Origin: Escherichia phage LF82-10
Sequence record: PV660453
Direction: 5' to 3' (one strand)
DNA length: 52,895 bases
A program made the position numbers and the translations under genes. Position 1 is the first letter of the stretch; every line of letters begins with the position of its first letter. Shown here in pieces: positions 27,541 through 36,833 of this stretch. The notes beneath the pieces are model-generated. The model did no database searches and was not told where the DNA came from. It was given only the letters and a program-made list of their open reading frames with translations.

Positions 27541-29610
27541 ATGAAAATCAAGAGCATCAAGAAGCAGATTGAGGAGTTAGGCGAGGATAAGATCGCAGAG
27601 CTTCAAAAGAAATTCACTTTTGGTGACATTGTTCCTTATGCGTATCAGTGCGTCATGTACGACGAGATCGCAAAGCGCATTTCCGCATACAAACACCCAT
27701 TCTTTGTTAAGGCTTCCGTGTCGGCTGGCAAAACAGTTGGGTTTGCCATGGTGGCGGCGCGGTGCAGGGAAATGACTAGCGCAAAGTTTCCAAAGGGTTT
27801 ATCAATGGCAATCCTCGCTCGCCAGGGTGAGATCGTATCTCAGGATAGCCAGGAGCTAACAAACTTCGGCGTGCCGAATAGCGTTTACTGCGCCGGGCTT
27901 GGTACTAAATCTGCATACTTCCCGATCGTCGTTGGCTCTGAGGGTTCAGTTGCAAACGGGCTTTTCAAGGCTCTCGGAGACTTCGCGCCAATGGTTGTCG
28001 GCATCGACGAATGTCACCAGGTGGATTGGGAAGACCTTGCAGACTCGATCGAGAAGAACGAAAGCTATGAGGAAATGAGCAGACCAAAGGATGAGGCTTA
28101 CATGATCAATGGCGAAGTAGTCGATCGCGGGTTGAAGATATCAAGCCTCATGGAAACCCTGGGAACAGTTGCACCAGGTGCCGGGCGCTCTCAGTACACG
28201 ATAATCATTCGTGAGTTGCAGCGTCGATGCCTGGAAGTTCACGGAAAGGAACTACGCATATTCGGCATGACTGGTTCAGAGTTTCGCGGCACAACTCCGA
28301 TCCTTGTTGAGAATATGAAACTCAAAGGCTTCTGGCGCGAGCAGGTAACGAACATTGATACGAACTACCTCATTGAGTTTGGCTCGGTTGTTCCAACCGT
28401 CTTCGGCTCAACTGGCGGGTTAGGCTACGATCTGGAAGAGTTCAAAGCGTCAAGCGAAGATGGAACAAAAGACTTTGACGCGAAAGTAATGAAGAAGATG
28501 GAGGAGAAGATCCACAAGGATGCTTCCATGACGGCAAGAATTATGGCGGCGGTTGTGGAGGAAGCGAAGAAGCGAAACGGCGTTCTAATTACTTGCTCAG
28601 GGCAACGACACTGTAAAGAGGCGGCTAGTTACCTGCCTGAAGGCTCAACGTATGCGATCATTACTGAGAAGACCGGAACGAAACAGCGCCAGCAAATCCT
28701 TGATGATGCAAACCAGGGAAAGATAAAGTACATCTTCCAGGTTGTGGCATTGACGACTGGCGTTAACGTGCCGTTTTGGGATTTCTCCGTGATACTCCGT
28801 AAGATTGGCTCTCTCACATTGCTGATACAGTTGCTTGGGCGCGGAATGCGACTTTTAAAGGCGTGGCAAATCGCAATGGGGATGGTGAAGACAGATCACC
28901 TTGTTTGGGATTTTGCCGGAACTATGGACGAATTAGGCCAACTTTACTTTGACCCGATTCTTGAGGAAGCTCAGTATCAACGCCGTTTCGACTCGAAGAA
29001 GGAGCCTAAAAAATGCCCTATTTGCGGTCATGAAAACAGTTTCTTTGCTCGTCGCTGTATCAGTCGGGATTTGAACGGAAACAGATGTGAGTATTTCTGG
29101 AAGTCGAGAACGTGCGAGGATCAGGTTGACGATCGAACCGGGAAAGTTATTGTGAAGGGTTGCGGTGTTCAAAATGATGTTGTAGCTCGAATCTGTAGGG
29201 GTTGTGATGCTAGCCTAACAGATCCCAACGCCAACTTAACCGGGAAGGCGTACACAAAAAACGACTGGTGCCAGGTTCTCAGCTTTGAGGTTGGGCTTAC
29301 CAAAAACCAGACCGGGATCATTTATAAATATCGCTTGCGTGATATGCTCGGAGAGGAGTTTAACGCATACGAGAAGTTTTTCCCTGAGTCTCAGGCTCAG
29401 GTATGCCACACGATATGGAAAACAAAAGGCGTGCTTCCACACGTTCACGATTCGAAAGTGGCAAAGCTTATGGCAGCATACAGGAGCGCGCGCCTGATCT
29501 TACAAAACGCGCACCACATCGCGCACCCGGTACGGGTTACGCATCGCAAAAACGCAAAGGGCGAAGATATCATTTCGCGCAAGGACTTCGGTCTTAATGA
29601 GGGCTTATGA
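27541..29610 (+). CDS. ATP-dependent DNA helicase (SF2, DExH)
   Basis: 689 aa; Walker A SVSAGKTVG, DECH box (GIDECHQV); C-terminal Cys-rich zinc-finger-like cluster. Confidence 0.8.
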   Translation: MKIKSIKKQIEELGEDKIAELQKKFTFGDIVPYAYQCVMYDEIAKRISAYKHPFFVKASVSAGKTVGFAMVAARCREMTSAKFPKGLSMAILARQGEIVSQDSQELTNFGVPNSVYCAGLGTKSAYFPIVVGSEGSVANGLFKALGDFAPMVVGIDECHQVDWEDLADSIEKNESYEEMSRPKDEAYMINGEVVDRGLKISSLMETLGTVAPGAGRSQYTIIIRELQRRCLEVHGKELRIFGMTGSEFRGTTPILVENMKLKGFWREQVTNIDTNYLIEFGSVVPTVFGSTGGLGYDLEEFKASSEDGTKDFDAKVMKKMEEKIHKDASMTARIMAAVVEEAKKRNGVLITCSGQRHCKEAASYLPEGSTYAIITEKTGTKQRQQILDDANQGKIKYIFQVVALTTGVNVPFWDFSVILRKIGSLTLLIQLLGRGMRLLKAWQIAMGMVKTDHLVWDFAGTMDELGQLYFDPILEEAQYQRRFDSKKEPKKCPICGHENSFFARRCISRDLNGNRCEYFWKSRTCEDQVDDRTGKVIVKGCGVQNDVVARICRGCDASLTDPNANLTGKAYTKNDWCQVLSFEVGLTKNQTGIIYKYRLRDMLGEEFNAYEKFFPESQAQVCHTIWKTKGVLPHVHDSKVAKLMAAYRSARLILQNAHHIAHPVRVTHRKNAKGEDIISRKDFGLNEGL

Positions 29611-30026
29611 TTACTGACAAGGGCGATTATCTTGAATATTACACCCCTGATAAGGGGTGTACCCTGAAGGAAGAGACTCACCAGGTTAACGGCGTTTCGT
29701 GGCTAAAGTACCACTACCCAAACCTGATGTTTTGGCACACGGTCAACGAGGGGCAGAAGCACATAAACACAGCCCTAAAAGATGAGCAAGCCGGGCTTAA
29801 GAAAGGTGTCAGCGACTTCGTATTTCTGATTGGTCATTTCGATCGGAAATATTGCTTTGGGGCTATTGAGCTGAAGCGCACCAACAAGAGCGGAAAGTAC
29901 AAGGCATCACCAGTCAGTAAGGAGCAGAAAGCTTTCCTTCTCGGTGTGCGTGAACGTGGGGGGTTCGCGGCTGTGGCTTACGGATTCGAGGAGTTGAAGA
30001 AAGCCGTTGAGGACATGATGAAATAG
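29607..30026 (+). CDS. VRR-NUC domain nuclease
   Basis: 139 aa; PD-(D/E)XK-like core (DFVFLIG...GAIELK) consistent with VRR-NUC; overlaps helicase stop. Confidence 0.55.
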   Translation: MITDKGDYLEYYTPDKGCTLKEETHQVNGVSWLKYHYPNLMFWHTVNEGQKHINTALKDEQAGLKKGVSDFVFLIGHFDRKYCFGAIELKRTNKSGKYKASPVSKEQKAFLLGVRERGGFAAVAYGFEELKKAVEDMMK

Positions 30027-30038
30027 CACTATTTGCTA
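30024..30038 (+). promoter_or_regulatory. TAGCA-box (TAGCACTATTTGCTA) upstream of dam
   Basis: TAG is stop of VRR-NUC gene; -10 CATAAT 30061-30066 after hairpin TGCCGG/CCGGCA. Confidence 0.55.
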
Positions 30039-30096
30039 AACCTGTGCCGGAACAATCCGGCATAATGCAACTACACAAACAAACAGGAATGAGATC

Positions 30097-30810
30097 ATGA
30101 TTGACGAGAACGATAAAGACACAATGACGTTTGAAGAAATGGAGCACGGCTTGTATTCAACTCGCGCACTGGTTGCCGGGTGCCACTACCAGCCAGTGAA
30201 GCCGGAAACGTACTATCGCGTTTCAGGGCATCGTTACGTTGGCAGCAAAACGCCTGACGTTGTGCGTGACTTGTGGGCAACCGATCGCGAATTGATTTCG
30301 TGGATGGAAGAGCGTTACGGAAAGTATGATATCGACGCAGCGGCAAGCGCGAATAATGCCGTGTGCGAAAAGTTCTACGACGAGCAACGTAACTGCCTGA
30401 AAATCTGGTGGGGAAAGAATAAGCACATCTGGCTTAACCCTCCGTACTCACATCCTGATCCATTCGTGAAGAAGGCCATTGAGCAGATGGAGCATGACAA
30501 CCAGATTGATATGCTTCTTCCTGGCGACAACTCAACGGCATGGTTTGCAGAGGCGCGCAAAAACGCTGCTGAGATCATCTGGATTGAGGCTGAGATCACA
30601 GAGATTGACCAGCAGGAATATTGCCGAACCGGGCGACTCGCTTTTATTTCCGGCCTAACCGGAAAGCCAGTTGACGGCAACAACAAAGGGAGTGTGATTT
30701 TCATCATGCGCAAACTGAAAGAGGGTGAGACGCAACAAACACACTATGTGAGCGTTTCTGAGATCTGCCCAGGCGTAAGCCGCAAGAAACCACGTAAACG
30801 GAGCGTTTAA
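30097..30810 (+). CDS. dam: DNA N6-adenine methyltransferase (phage Dam-type)
   Basis: 237 aa; catalytic NPPY motif (WLNPPYSHP). Confidence 0.8.
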   Translation: MIDENDKDTMTFEEMEHGLYSTRALVAGCHYQPVKPETYYRVSGHRYVGSKTPDVVRDLWATDRELISWMEERYGKYDIDAAASANNAVCEKFYDEQRNCLKIWWGKNKHIWLNPPYSHPDPFVKKAIEQMEHDNQIDMLLPGDNSTAWFAEARKNAAEIIWIEAEITEIDQQEYCRTGRLAFISGLTGKPVDGNNKGSVIFIMRKLKEGETQQTHYVSVSEICPGVSRKKPRKRSV

Positions 30811-30812
30811 AA

Positions 30813-31025
30813 ATGGCTACTGCATTCGGACTGTATAAGGCAAAAGTTATTCGCGCTCTGATGGCGGCTGGATTCAAGCACAACGCGGAGGAATTCGCTG
30901 ATTGCCTTGATATGAGCTTTGACGAGATCAAGCATCTTCACCACACGCAATGGGGAGAATCAATCAAGCGCGATCTCGAAGAGTACCGGAAAGAGAATCC
31001 GCACGAATTCGCAACACAGCACTAA
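30813..31025 (+). CDS. hypothetical protein
   Basis: 70 aa ORF, ATG immediately after dam. Confidence 0.4.
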   Translation: MATAFGLYKAKVIRALMAAGFKHNAEEFADCLDMSFDEIKHLHHTQWGESIKRDLEEYRKENPHEFATQH

Positions 31026-31031
31026 TTGCTA
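31017..31031 (+). promoter_or_regulatory. TAGCA-box variant (CAGCACTAATTGCTA)
   Basis: -10 TATTAT 31054-31059 after hairpin ACCCGG/CCGGGT. Confidence 0.5.
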
Positions 31032-31087
31032 AACGTACCCGGCGAAAGTCGGGTATTATTATTTTACACCAACAAGAGGAATCACCC

Positions 31088-31336
31088 ATGAAAACCAAAC
31101 TCACCATCAAAGACACCATGAGCACTTACAACTTTACTGAGTCTCGCGGTAAAGTGCTGATGCCTCACATGCTGAAGCTTGCACAGCAGACCGCGCGCGA
31201 GTCCATTGAGCTTGGATCTGATGGCGGCCTTCATGAGGTGATTTCAGTTGTATACCTCCGCGCAGCGTATGGTCACTTGGAGGTTTCCACCCTTGAGCAA
31301 ATGGCGGAGGCGTTCGATCTGTATGGTAATAGTTGA
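31088..31336 (+). CDS. hypothetical protein
   Basis: 82 aa; SD AGAGGAA; downstream of box/-10 at 31017-31059. Confidence 0.45.
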   Translation: MKTKLTIKDTMSTYNFTESRGKVLMPHMLKLAQQTARESIELGSDGGLHEVISVVYLRAAYGHLEVSTLEQMAEAFDLYGNS

Positions 31337-31556
31337 AGAGGGTAAACGCGCCGTTTGGGAGCACTGCAAAGAGGCTGGCATTGACGGCGACATAGCGCTA
31401 ATCGCAAAGTATTTCGATATCAAGGATATTTGCCTGATCTACAATGGCAAAATGACCTACATCGAAGATAGGCCGCGAAAGATGGTTAGGATCGCGGTAG
31501 CCACCAAGCCGGATAAAGACGTAGCGGCGTACATCAAGGAAACAAAGAAAAAATGA
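31323..31556 (+). CDS. hypothetical protein
   Basis: in-frame ATG (MVIVEEGK...) within ORF-track 31248..31556; 77 aa. Confidence 0.35.
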   Translation: MVIVEEGKRAVWEHCKEAGIDGDIALIAKYFDIKDICLIYNGKMTYIEDRPRKMVRIAVATKPDKDVAAYIKETKKK

Positions 31557-31810
31557 ACCTCCCGCACCTGGATTTCAACCCGCATGATTACGATGAATAC
31601 TCAGGGCAGGTAACAGACGGCGATTACCGAATGATTCCGTTCGCTGACTGGTTGCCTCCTGACTTTGAAGACGTTCTATGCAGTCGAGGCGGCGCGTTCA
31701 AACTGATGTACTTTAGCCCGGCTACTGGTATGATGGTTCCCAGCGAAACAGAATGCGCAAGCGAAGCGCTTGAACCTTCACAGCTCACTATATGGTTGAA
31801 AAAGATTTGA
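31553..31810 (+). CDS. hypothetical acidic protein
   Basis: 85 aa, Asp/Glu-rich; ATG overlaps upstream stop. Confidence 0.4.
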   Translation: MNLPHLDFNPHDYDEYSGQVTDGDYRMIPFADWLPPDFEDVLCSRGGAFKLMYFSPATGMMVPSETECASEALEPSQLTIWLKKI

Positions 31811-31893
31811 TGCGCTGTTTAATTCCTGTATTATTACCGCCGATTATCGGTTTTATTATTATCTATCAACTAATTATGAGTTAAGGATTTGTT

Positions 31894-33030
31894 ATGTCAC
31901 TGAAGAAAATCACCGACGAGCAGTTAAACGCCGAGCGAGAGTCGGGTAAAACTTACCGCCAGATCGCGGAAGAGTACGGAATGAACATACGCACCGTCGA
32001 GGCTCGCGGCGCACGCCTGGCTAAGAAAGGTTTCGGTCACGGTAACGGCGATGCATCGCGATTTGTTCCAGAAGGCTTCATGGTTAAGGGCACATCAACC
32101 ATGCACCGCGCGAACGGAGAGGTTATCGTTAGCTGGACGAAAACCAATCAGGATCATGAGAAGTTAGCCGCCATGCTTGAGCACGCGATCGAGGCGTTTT
32201 GCGTTGAGCTTCCACGCGCAGCCGCTACACCTTCCAACGTTGGTGAGGTGATGGAGAACCAGCTCGCGCTTTATCCTGTATTCGATCTGCATATCGGTGC
32301 AATGGCTCATAAGCATGAGTGCGGCGAGAACTACTCAACCGATATTGCCGAGAAGGTTTTGGGCGATTTCTTCAAGTACGCTGTGAACGTTGCGCCGAAG
32401 GCGAAGAAGGCGGTTGTGCTGGTTGGCGGTGACTACCTCCACTCTGACGGCCTGGACGCTGTAACACCCGCAAGCGGTCACGTTCTGGATCAGGACTCAC
32501 GTTACGCTAAGCTGGTTCACGTTGCCATTCGCTCACTCCGTCGCGGCGTTGCGCTTCTGCTTGATAAGCATGAAGAGATTGAGATCCAGATTATCGAAGG
32601 CAACCACGATCAGGCGGGTATGATTTGGCTACGCGCTGCAATGGCGGCATACTTCGAAGATGAGCCGCGCGTCACGGTTGACACATCGCCTATGATCCTT
32701 CACCGTACCAAGTGGGGCAAAACGCTGTTAGGCTACACTCACGGTCACACGATGAAGAAAGCAGAAACCCGCCTCCAGGCGCTGGCTACTGACTTCCGTT
32801 CTGAGTTCGGCACGAGTGAATTCGTTTATACTCACTCAGGGCATTGGCATCACCAGACGCTTACAGAGCACACCTTAGGCATTGACGAGGTTCACGGTCA
32901 GTTAGGTGCCAAAGATGCGTATGCGGCTCGCGGTGGATGGCGCTCATATCGCCAGGCGGCGGTAATTGTCTATGATAAAGAATTTGGCGAGGTAGGCCGA
33001 TTCGTTTATCGTCCTCAGATGAGCAAATAG
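31894..33030 (+). CDS. HTH domain fused to calcineurin-like metallophosphoesterase
   Basis: 378 aa; N-terminal HTH-like KTYRQIAEEYGMNIRTVEARGARL; phosphoesterase motifs DLH, GGDYLHSD, GNHD, HGH, GHWH in canonical order. Confidence 0.7.
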   Translation: MSLKKITDEQLNAERESGKTYRQIAEEYGMNIRTVEARGARLAKKGFGHGNGDASRFVPEGFMVKGTSTMHRANGEVIVSWTKTNQDHEKLAAMLEHAIEAFCVELPRAAATPSNVGEVMENQLALYPVFDLHIGAMAHKHECGENYSTDIAEKVLGDFFKYAVNVAPKAKKAVVLVGGDYLHSDGLDAVTPASGHVLDQDSRYAKLVHVAIRSLRRGVALLLDKHEEIEIQIIEGNHDQAGMIWLRAAMAAYFEDEPRVTVDTSPMILHRTKWGKTLLGYTHGHTMKKAETRLQALATDFRSEFGTSEFVYTHSGHWHHQTLTEHTLGIDEVHGQLGAKDAYAARGGWRSYRQAAVIVYDKEFGEVGRFVYRPQMSK

Positions 33031-33042
33031 CACTTTTTGTTA
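33028..33042 (+). promoter_or_regulatory. TAGCA-box (TAGCACTTTTTGTTA)
   Basis: TAG is stop of 31894..33030; -10 TATACT 33065-33070 after hairpin AGCCGA/TCGGCT. Confidence 0.55.
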
Positions 33043-33099
33043 AAAGCCGATCGCGTTGGTCGGCTATACTCATTTCATCAACTCAGAGGAGTAACGGAA

Positions 33100-33204
33100 A
33101 TGAAATCTATCTTAATCAACGTGGTCTGTTTTGCATTGGGCGCTGGCGTAGTTGCTTCCAGCCTTTGGGTTATCAATCTCGCTTCAGTATTCAAGGGCTT
33201 CTAA
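33100..33204 (+). CDS. small hydrophobic peptide (34 aa)
   Basis: ATG with SD GAGGAG; single predicted TM segment; below ORF-track size cut-off. Confidence 0.3.
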   Translation: MKSILINVVCFALGAGVVASSLWVINLASVFKGF

Positions 33205-33378
33205 ATGAAAGTTAAATGTATTCGCAATGACTCTAAATCGCTCCCGTTCCATGTGAACCAGTTTTACTCTATCGGGTTCGATCACGGCGGCGGGAACTTC
33301 GAAATTTATGACGGTTGCGGCTCCTGTATTATTGCCCCGCTAAATGGGCATTATCTGGAATTCGTTATCGTCAAATAA
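33205..33378 (+). CDS. hypothetical small protein (MKxKC-family)
   Basis: 57 aa; TAAATG coupling to upstream peptide; N-terminus MKVKCIRN shared with 45397..45762. Confidence 0.4.
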   Translation: MKVKCIRNDSKSLPFHVNQFYSIGFDHGGGNFEIYDGCGSCIIAPLNGHYLEFVIVK

Positions 33379-33404
33379 AGCAACACATTCATCACCTTAC
33401 CTAT

Positions 33405-33445
33405 CGGGAGCCTTTTACGGCTCCCTTTTTTGCTTCTTTTTTATT
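33405..33445 (+). terminator. intrinsic terminator before lysis cassette
   Basis: CGGGAGCC-TTTTAC-GGCTCCC then TTTTTTGCTTCTTTTTT. Confidence 0.6.
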
Positions 33446-33510
33446 CCGAGCCGGGTTACAATCCTTTTACTAACTAAATATTGACATTCAAAGAGTTTAA
33501 GGATCTGATC

Positions 33511-33729
33511 ATGAGGGAAGTAATCAATGCAGTAACCAGCGCCACAGGCGGCGCGTCACTAACCGGAGCGGCTACAGGTCAGTTAGTTATTGCTGGCGCA
33601 ACGTTCGTGCTATTCGTTGGCTTCGGTGTTTGGGGTGCTTACTGGAAATACCAGGACAGCAAAGCAATTCGTGAAGCCCTCAAATCCGGCAATCTGGAAG
33701 AGGCGATCAAACTAAACGGGAAAAAGTAA
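33511..33729 (+). CDS. holin (pinholin-like)
   Basis: 72 aa from ATG 33511; Gly/Ala-rich TM1 and hydrophobic TM2; immediately upstream of SAR endolysin. Confidence 0.6.
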   Translation: MREVINAVTSATGGASLTGAATGQLVIAGATFVLFVGFGVWGAYWKYQDSKAIREALKSGNLEEAIKLNGKK

Positions 33730-33730
33730 C

Positions 33731-34216
33731 ATGAAGAGATTAGTAGCCGGGGCTGCATTCGGTGCAGCTCTCGCCTTAACGCCTCCCCTGGTGGAGCAGG
33801 TTGAAGGCATTCATTACGATCCATACAAAGACATTGCCGGGATCTGGACGGTGTGCGCTGGCATTACCGGGAGCGATGTAGTGCTAGGGAAGCGATATAC
33901 TCAGCGCGAGTGCGATGCGTTGCTTTTCAAGCATATCGAGATCGCAAGGAAGGAAGTTGACAAGCGCGTAAACTATCCGATCCCGGACACGATGCGCGCA
34001 GCAATGTACAGCTTCACGTTTAACGCTGGCACTGGCGCTTTTCGTGGCTCTACAATGCTGAAGCTTATCAATCAGGGCAAGTTGCCTGAGGCATGTAATC
34101 AGCTTTGGAGCTGGACTTACTACACCAACCCGAAGACCGGGAAAAAAGAGAAGTCGAAGGGGTTGAAGAACCGCCGCGCCTTTGAATACAACTACTGCAT
34201 GAAGGAATTAAAATGA
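33731..34216 (+). CDS. SAR endolysin (GH24 lysozyme, phage P21 R-like)
   Basis: 161 aa; N-terminal Gly/Ala-rich signal-anchor-release segment; E-D-T catalytic region [23 protein letters not shown] and [13 protein letters not shown] resemble P21 lysozyme from memory. Confidence 0.85.
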   Translation: MKRLVAGAAFGAALALTPPLVEQVEGIHYDPYKDIAGIWTVCAGITGSDVVLGKRYTQRECDALLFKHIEIARKEVDKRVNYPIPDTMRAAMYSFTFNAGTGAFRGSTMLKLINQGKLPEACNQLWSWTYYTNPKTGKKEKSKGLKNRRAFEYNYCMKELK

Positions 34217-34644
34217 AACGCGTAAGCAACTCAATGCTGATCTTCGTAACCATCCTCGTGTTCGTTGCAGTGACTTCGCTATCTGGTTGCTCAACGGCTG
34301 GCGCTCTGACTGGTTTGATCGGCAGCAAGCCGGAAATCTCAGCACAGGCCGGAGCGGAAAACACGAAACAGACGGTTGGCCTAAACAACAAAGTGGATCA
34401 GTCAAGCGAGGTGGAAACCACGATTCGTGATTCAAAGGTTGGAAAGGTTGACAGCTCTAACGGAAAGAAGACCAGCGCATCAAGCATCACGGCTGAAACC
34501 ATCAAGGCCGACAAGATCGAGATTCGCAATAGTGATGGAGAGGCGTTTGGTATTGCGGCTGGTTTCTTCGTCGCTGGTCTGATTGCAGGTTCAAGCGCCG
34601 TTGCATACTTAGCAACGAGACGCAGAAACAACAAAGGAGCCTAA
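34213..34644 (+). CDS. unimolecular spanin (u-spanin)
   Basis: 143 aa; N-terminal lipoprotein signal with lipobox LSGC and C-terminal TM segment ([21 protein letters not shown]) followed by RRRNNKGA; architecture as in T1 gp11. Confidence 0.7.
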   Translation: MKRVSNSMLIFVTILVFVAVTSLSGCSTAGALTGLIGSKPEISAQAGAENTKQTVGLNNKVDQSSEVETTIRDSKVGKVDSSNGKKTSASSITAETIKADKIEIRNSDGEAFGIAAGFFVAGLIAGSSAVAYLATRRRNNKGA

Positions 34645-34660
34645 CGGCTCCTTTTTTATT
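34634..34660. terminator. bidirectional terminator between spanin gene and leftward accessory operon
   Basis: AAAGGAGCC-TAAC-GGCTCC-TTTTTTATT; overlaps both stop codons. Confidence 0.6.
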
Positions 34661-34850
34661 TGTAACGCTTTGCCAGTATCAGAAGTTCACCAGCATCATT
34701 GCACAACGTGTGCTCATCCTTCTTCCCGGCTCGCATCGAACTATTCAGCAGTGACAGCAGGGCGTAATTTAACTCGTCCTCCGTCACCCCTTGAGAGGCG
34801 CAAGCCTCAATAATCGCGTTGATTAGGTTTTGAGCAACCAAAAAGTTCAT
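34656..34850 (-). CDS. hypothetical protein
   Basis: in-frame ATG (MNFLVAQ...) at 34850; 64 aa; last gene of leftward accessory operon. Confidence 0.35.
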   Translation of the reverse strand: MNFLVAQNLINAIIEACASQGVTEDELNYALLSLLNSSMRAGKKDEHTLCNDAGELLILAKRYK

Positions 34851-35169
34851 CGTCGCTGAGCTTGTCAATATTCATCATCTCCCATGTGTAACGATCCTCT
34901 TCACCGCCGTAACAGTTGAAATCAAATTCAAAGGGGCGCTTCTGCGCCCCCTTGCTCCAGTACCAGAGGTTTACGCCGTCAAGGTAGCCCAACCCCATCA
35001 TCCTTGCAACAAACTCCTTAGAAGCGCTTGAGGCGAAGTAACGAGGGGTTACGTTAGCGGCCTTTGCAAGCCGCTCGCACTCGTGATGCTTGAAAATGAA
35101 TTGCGCCAAGTGTTGGCGGTTGAATTTCGTGTAACTCTCACAGAACTTATACAGATCCAGAAGGAACAT
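34807..35169 (-). CDS. hypothetical protein
   Basis: 120 aa; ATG 2 nt after upstream stop. Confidence 0.4.
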   Translation of the reverse strand: MFLLDLYKFCESYTKFNRQHLAQFIFKHHECERLAKAANVTPRYFASSASKEFVARMMGLGYLDGVNLWYWSKGAQKRPFEFDFNCYGGEEDRYTWEMMNIDKLSDDELFGCSKPNQRDY

Positions 35170-35171
35170 GA

Positions 35172-36758
35172 TTACCCCAGCAAGCGTGGATTAACGTAAA
35201 TCTTATCACCGATCAGGCAAGTGTAATTCTTCTCGTCAAGCATCGGCAGCAAGTGATCTTTGATTCGTGTCATTGTTCCGGCCTGGCCTTCGAATGGTCG
35301 AACCTTGCGCGCGGCCTCGTAAAGCGCCCGAAGACCAACAACGCCCTTCCCCTGCTTTCCGCTCTTGATCAGCAAGTCAATAAGCTTGTTCATTTCTGCT
35401 GAATCGCCAGCGTGCCCGGCAGACGACGCGGAAGAAAGATAGGTCTTGCTCAGCTCGTTAAACATGATCACGGCCTCCTGCATTGTGTCAAGCTCAATCT
35501 CTCGACTCTTCGGCGCATTGCTTCCGTTTGGTGAGAACCAGTTACGGATCACATGCAGAACCGACGCGATACGAATCGCCTGTTTATCGAACTTGCCCAG
35601 CGCACCGCGTAACATGGTGTGCGAGTATTTCCCGCCGTCTGCCAAGTGTGGCTCCATCGCCTGGCGTGCGTTGTTAAGGTACTTCATCGCGCTCTTGCTC
35701 ACCGTGAGCTTAACGTCAACCTCACTCATGATGGCGTGTATCAGCTTGAAGTAATCAGCTTTCAGGCCGCCGTCAATAGGCTCGTAAGTTGACTCGCCAT
35801 TGTCATTCACGAAAACACGCTCACCAAGGAATGACTTCTCACGAACCAGCAAGAAACGCTCAGAAACACCGATACCGCGCGCACCTGCATTCATGATCGC
35901 GTTGATTGTCTCGTCCTGCGCGATAACCGAAATACAACCCATAGCCACGAATGACATGTTGTTATCAGCGTTCGCACGAGCGATAGACACGTTCCCTGCA
36001 TCCCATGCTTTCAGCACAAGCTCGCTGTTTGTCTTCTTCGAACCGTCACCATACGTCATGCCCAACAGGCTGTTAACGGATGTCGCTTCGTCCGAGATCA
36101 CAGCGAAGTTGCCTTGACGGTTGTTAATGCGTGCCAAGCCTTCAGGCGTGGTATCTGAAACAGGGAAAACGATATCGCAAAGGCGCTCAAGCTTCTCTTC
36201 AAGATCCTCTTTCTCCTCAAACAGCGAGGCCATTTCAGATGGCGCTTTCTCCTGTTTCATTTCCTTCGCCAGCGCAGACAGTTTGGCGAGAATCTTTTTA
36301 CGCTCACGCTTACGAGCCTCGTTGAGTCGCTCAGTCTCCGCGATCATTGGCGCGATGGATAGCGAGTTGATTGCGGATTTCCCCGTTGATGGTGGCTGAC
36401 TGGTTACAACGTAGAGCGCAGTTGGTTGTTGCGTTCCGTGATAGTCAACCGTGAACCTACCCAGCATGGCGGCAGACACGCAACCTACAAAGTGCATATA
36501 GGCTGAAGACTCAGGGAATTGAACCGATCTCGCGGCGTTGCGTGAGAGCTTGCCGACCACATCACTATCGTTGCCCAGGGAAATAACAGGATATTTATCA
36601 TTACCTGAATCAATCTCTACCGGAGCCTTCCAGAAGGATTGGGATTGACGATATCCATTCGCATTTATGGCAACGCGGAGCGGCGGCAACCCTTCGGCCT
36701 TTGCAACCTCGATCACTTGTTCCGGCGAAAGTTTATCATCATTGAAAATATCGAACAT
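35172..36758 (-). CDS. large P-loop-like protein of unknown function
   Basis: 528 aa; strong SD AAGGAG; deviant Walker A-like TSQPPSTGKS; own box/-10 promoter (36815-36829 / 36786-36791). Confidence 0.5.
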   Translation of the reverse strand: MFDIFNDDKLSPEQVIEVAKAEGLPPLRVAINANGYRQSQSFWKAPVEIDSGNDKYPVISLGNDSDVVGKLSRNAARSVQFPESSAYMHFVGCVSAAMLGRFTVDYHGTQQPTALYVVTSQPPSTGKSAINSLSIAPMIAETERLNEARKRERKKILAKLSALAKEMKQEKAPSEMASLFEEKEDLEEKLERLCDIVFPVSDTTPEGLARINNRQGNFAVISDEATSVNSLLGMTYGDGSKKTNSELVLKAWDAGNVSIARANADNNMSFVAMGCISVIAQDETINAIMNAGARGIGVSERFLLVREKSFLGERVFVNDNGESTYEPIDGGLKADYFKLIHAIMSEVDVKLTVSKSAMKYLNNARQAMEPHLADGGKYSHTMLRGALGKFDKQAIRIASVLHVIRNWFSPNGSNAPKSREIELDTMQEAVIMFNELSKTYLSSASSAGHAGDSAEMNKLIDLLIKSGKQGKGVVGLRALYEAARKVRPFEGQAGTMTRIKDHLLPMLDEKNYTCLIGDKIYVNPRLLG

Positions 36759-36814
36759 GTTAAAAACTCCTTGTTTGGTTGCTCAATGATAGAGCAACCA
36801 ATGATAGTGCGTTT

Positions 36815-36829
36815 TGGCAAAAAGTGCTA
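36815..36829 (-). promoter_or_regulatory. TAGCA-box (TAGCACTTTTTGCCA) upstream of 528-aa gene
   Basis: -10 TATCAT at 36786-36791 (minus). Confidence 0.5.
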
Positions 36830-36833
36830 TTGG

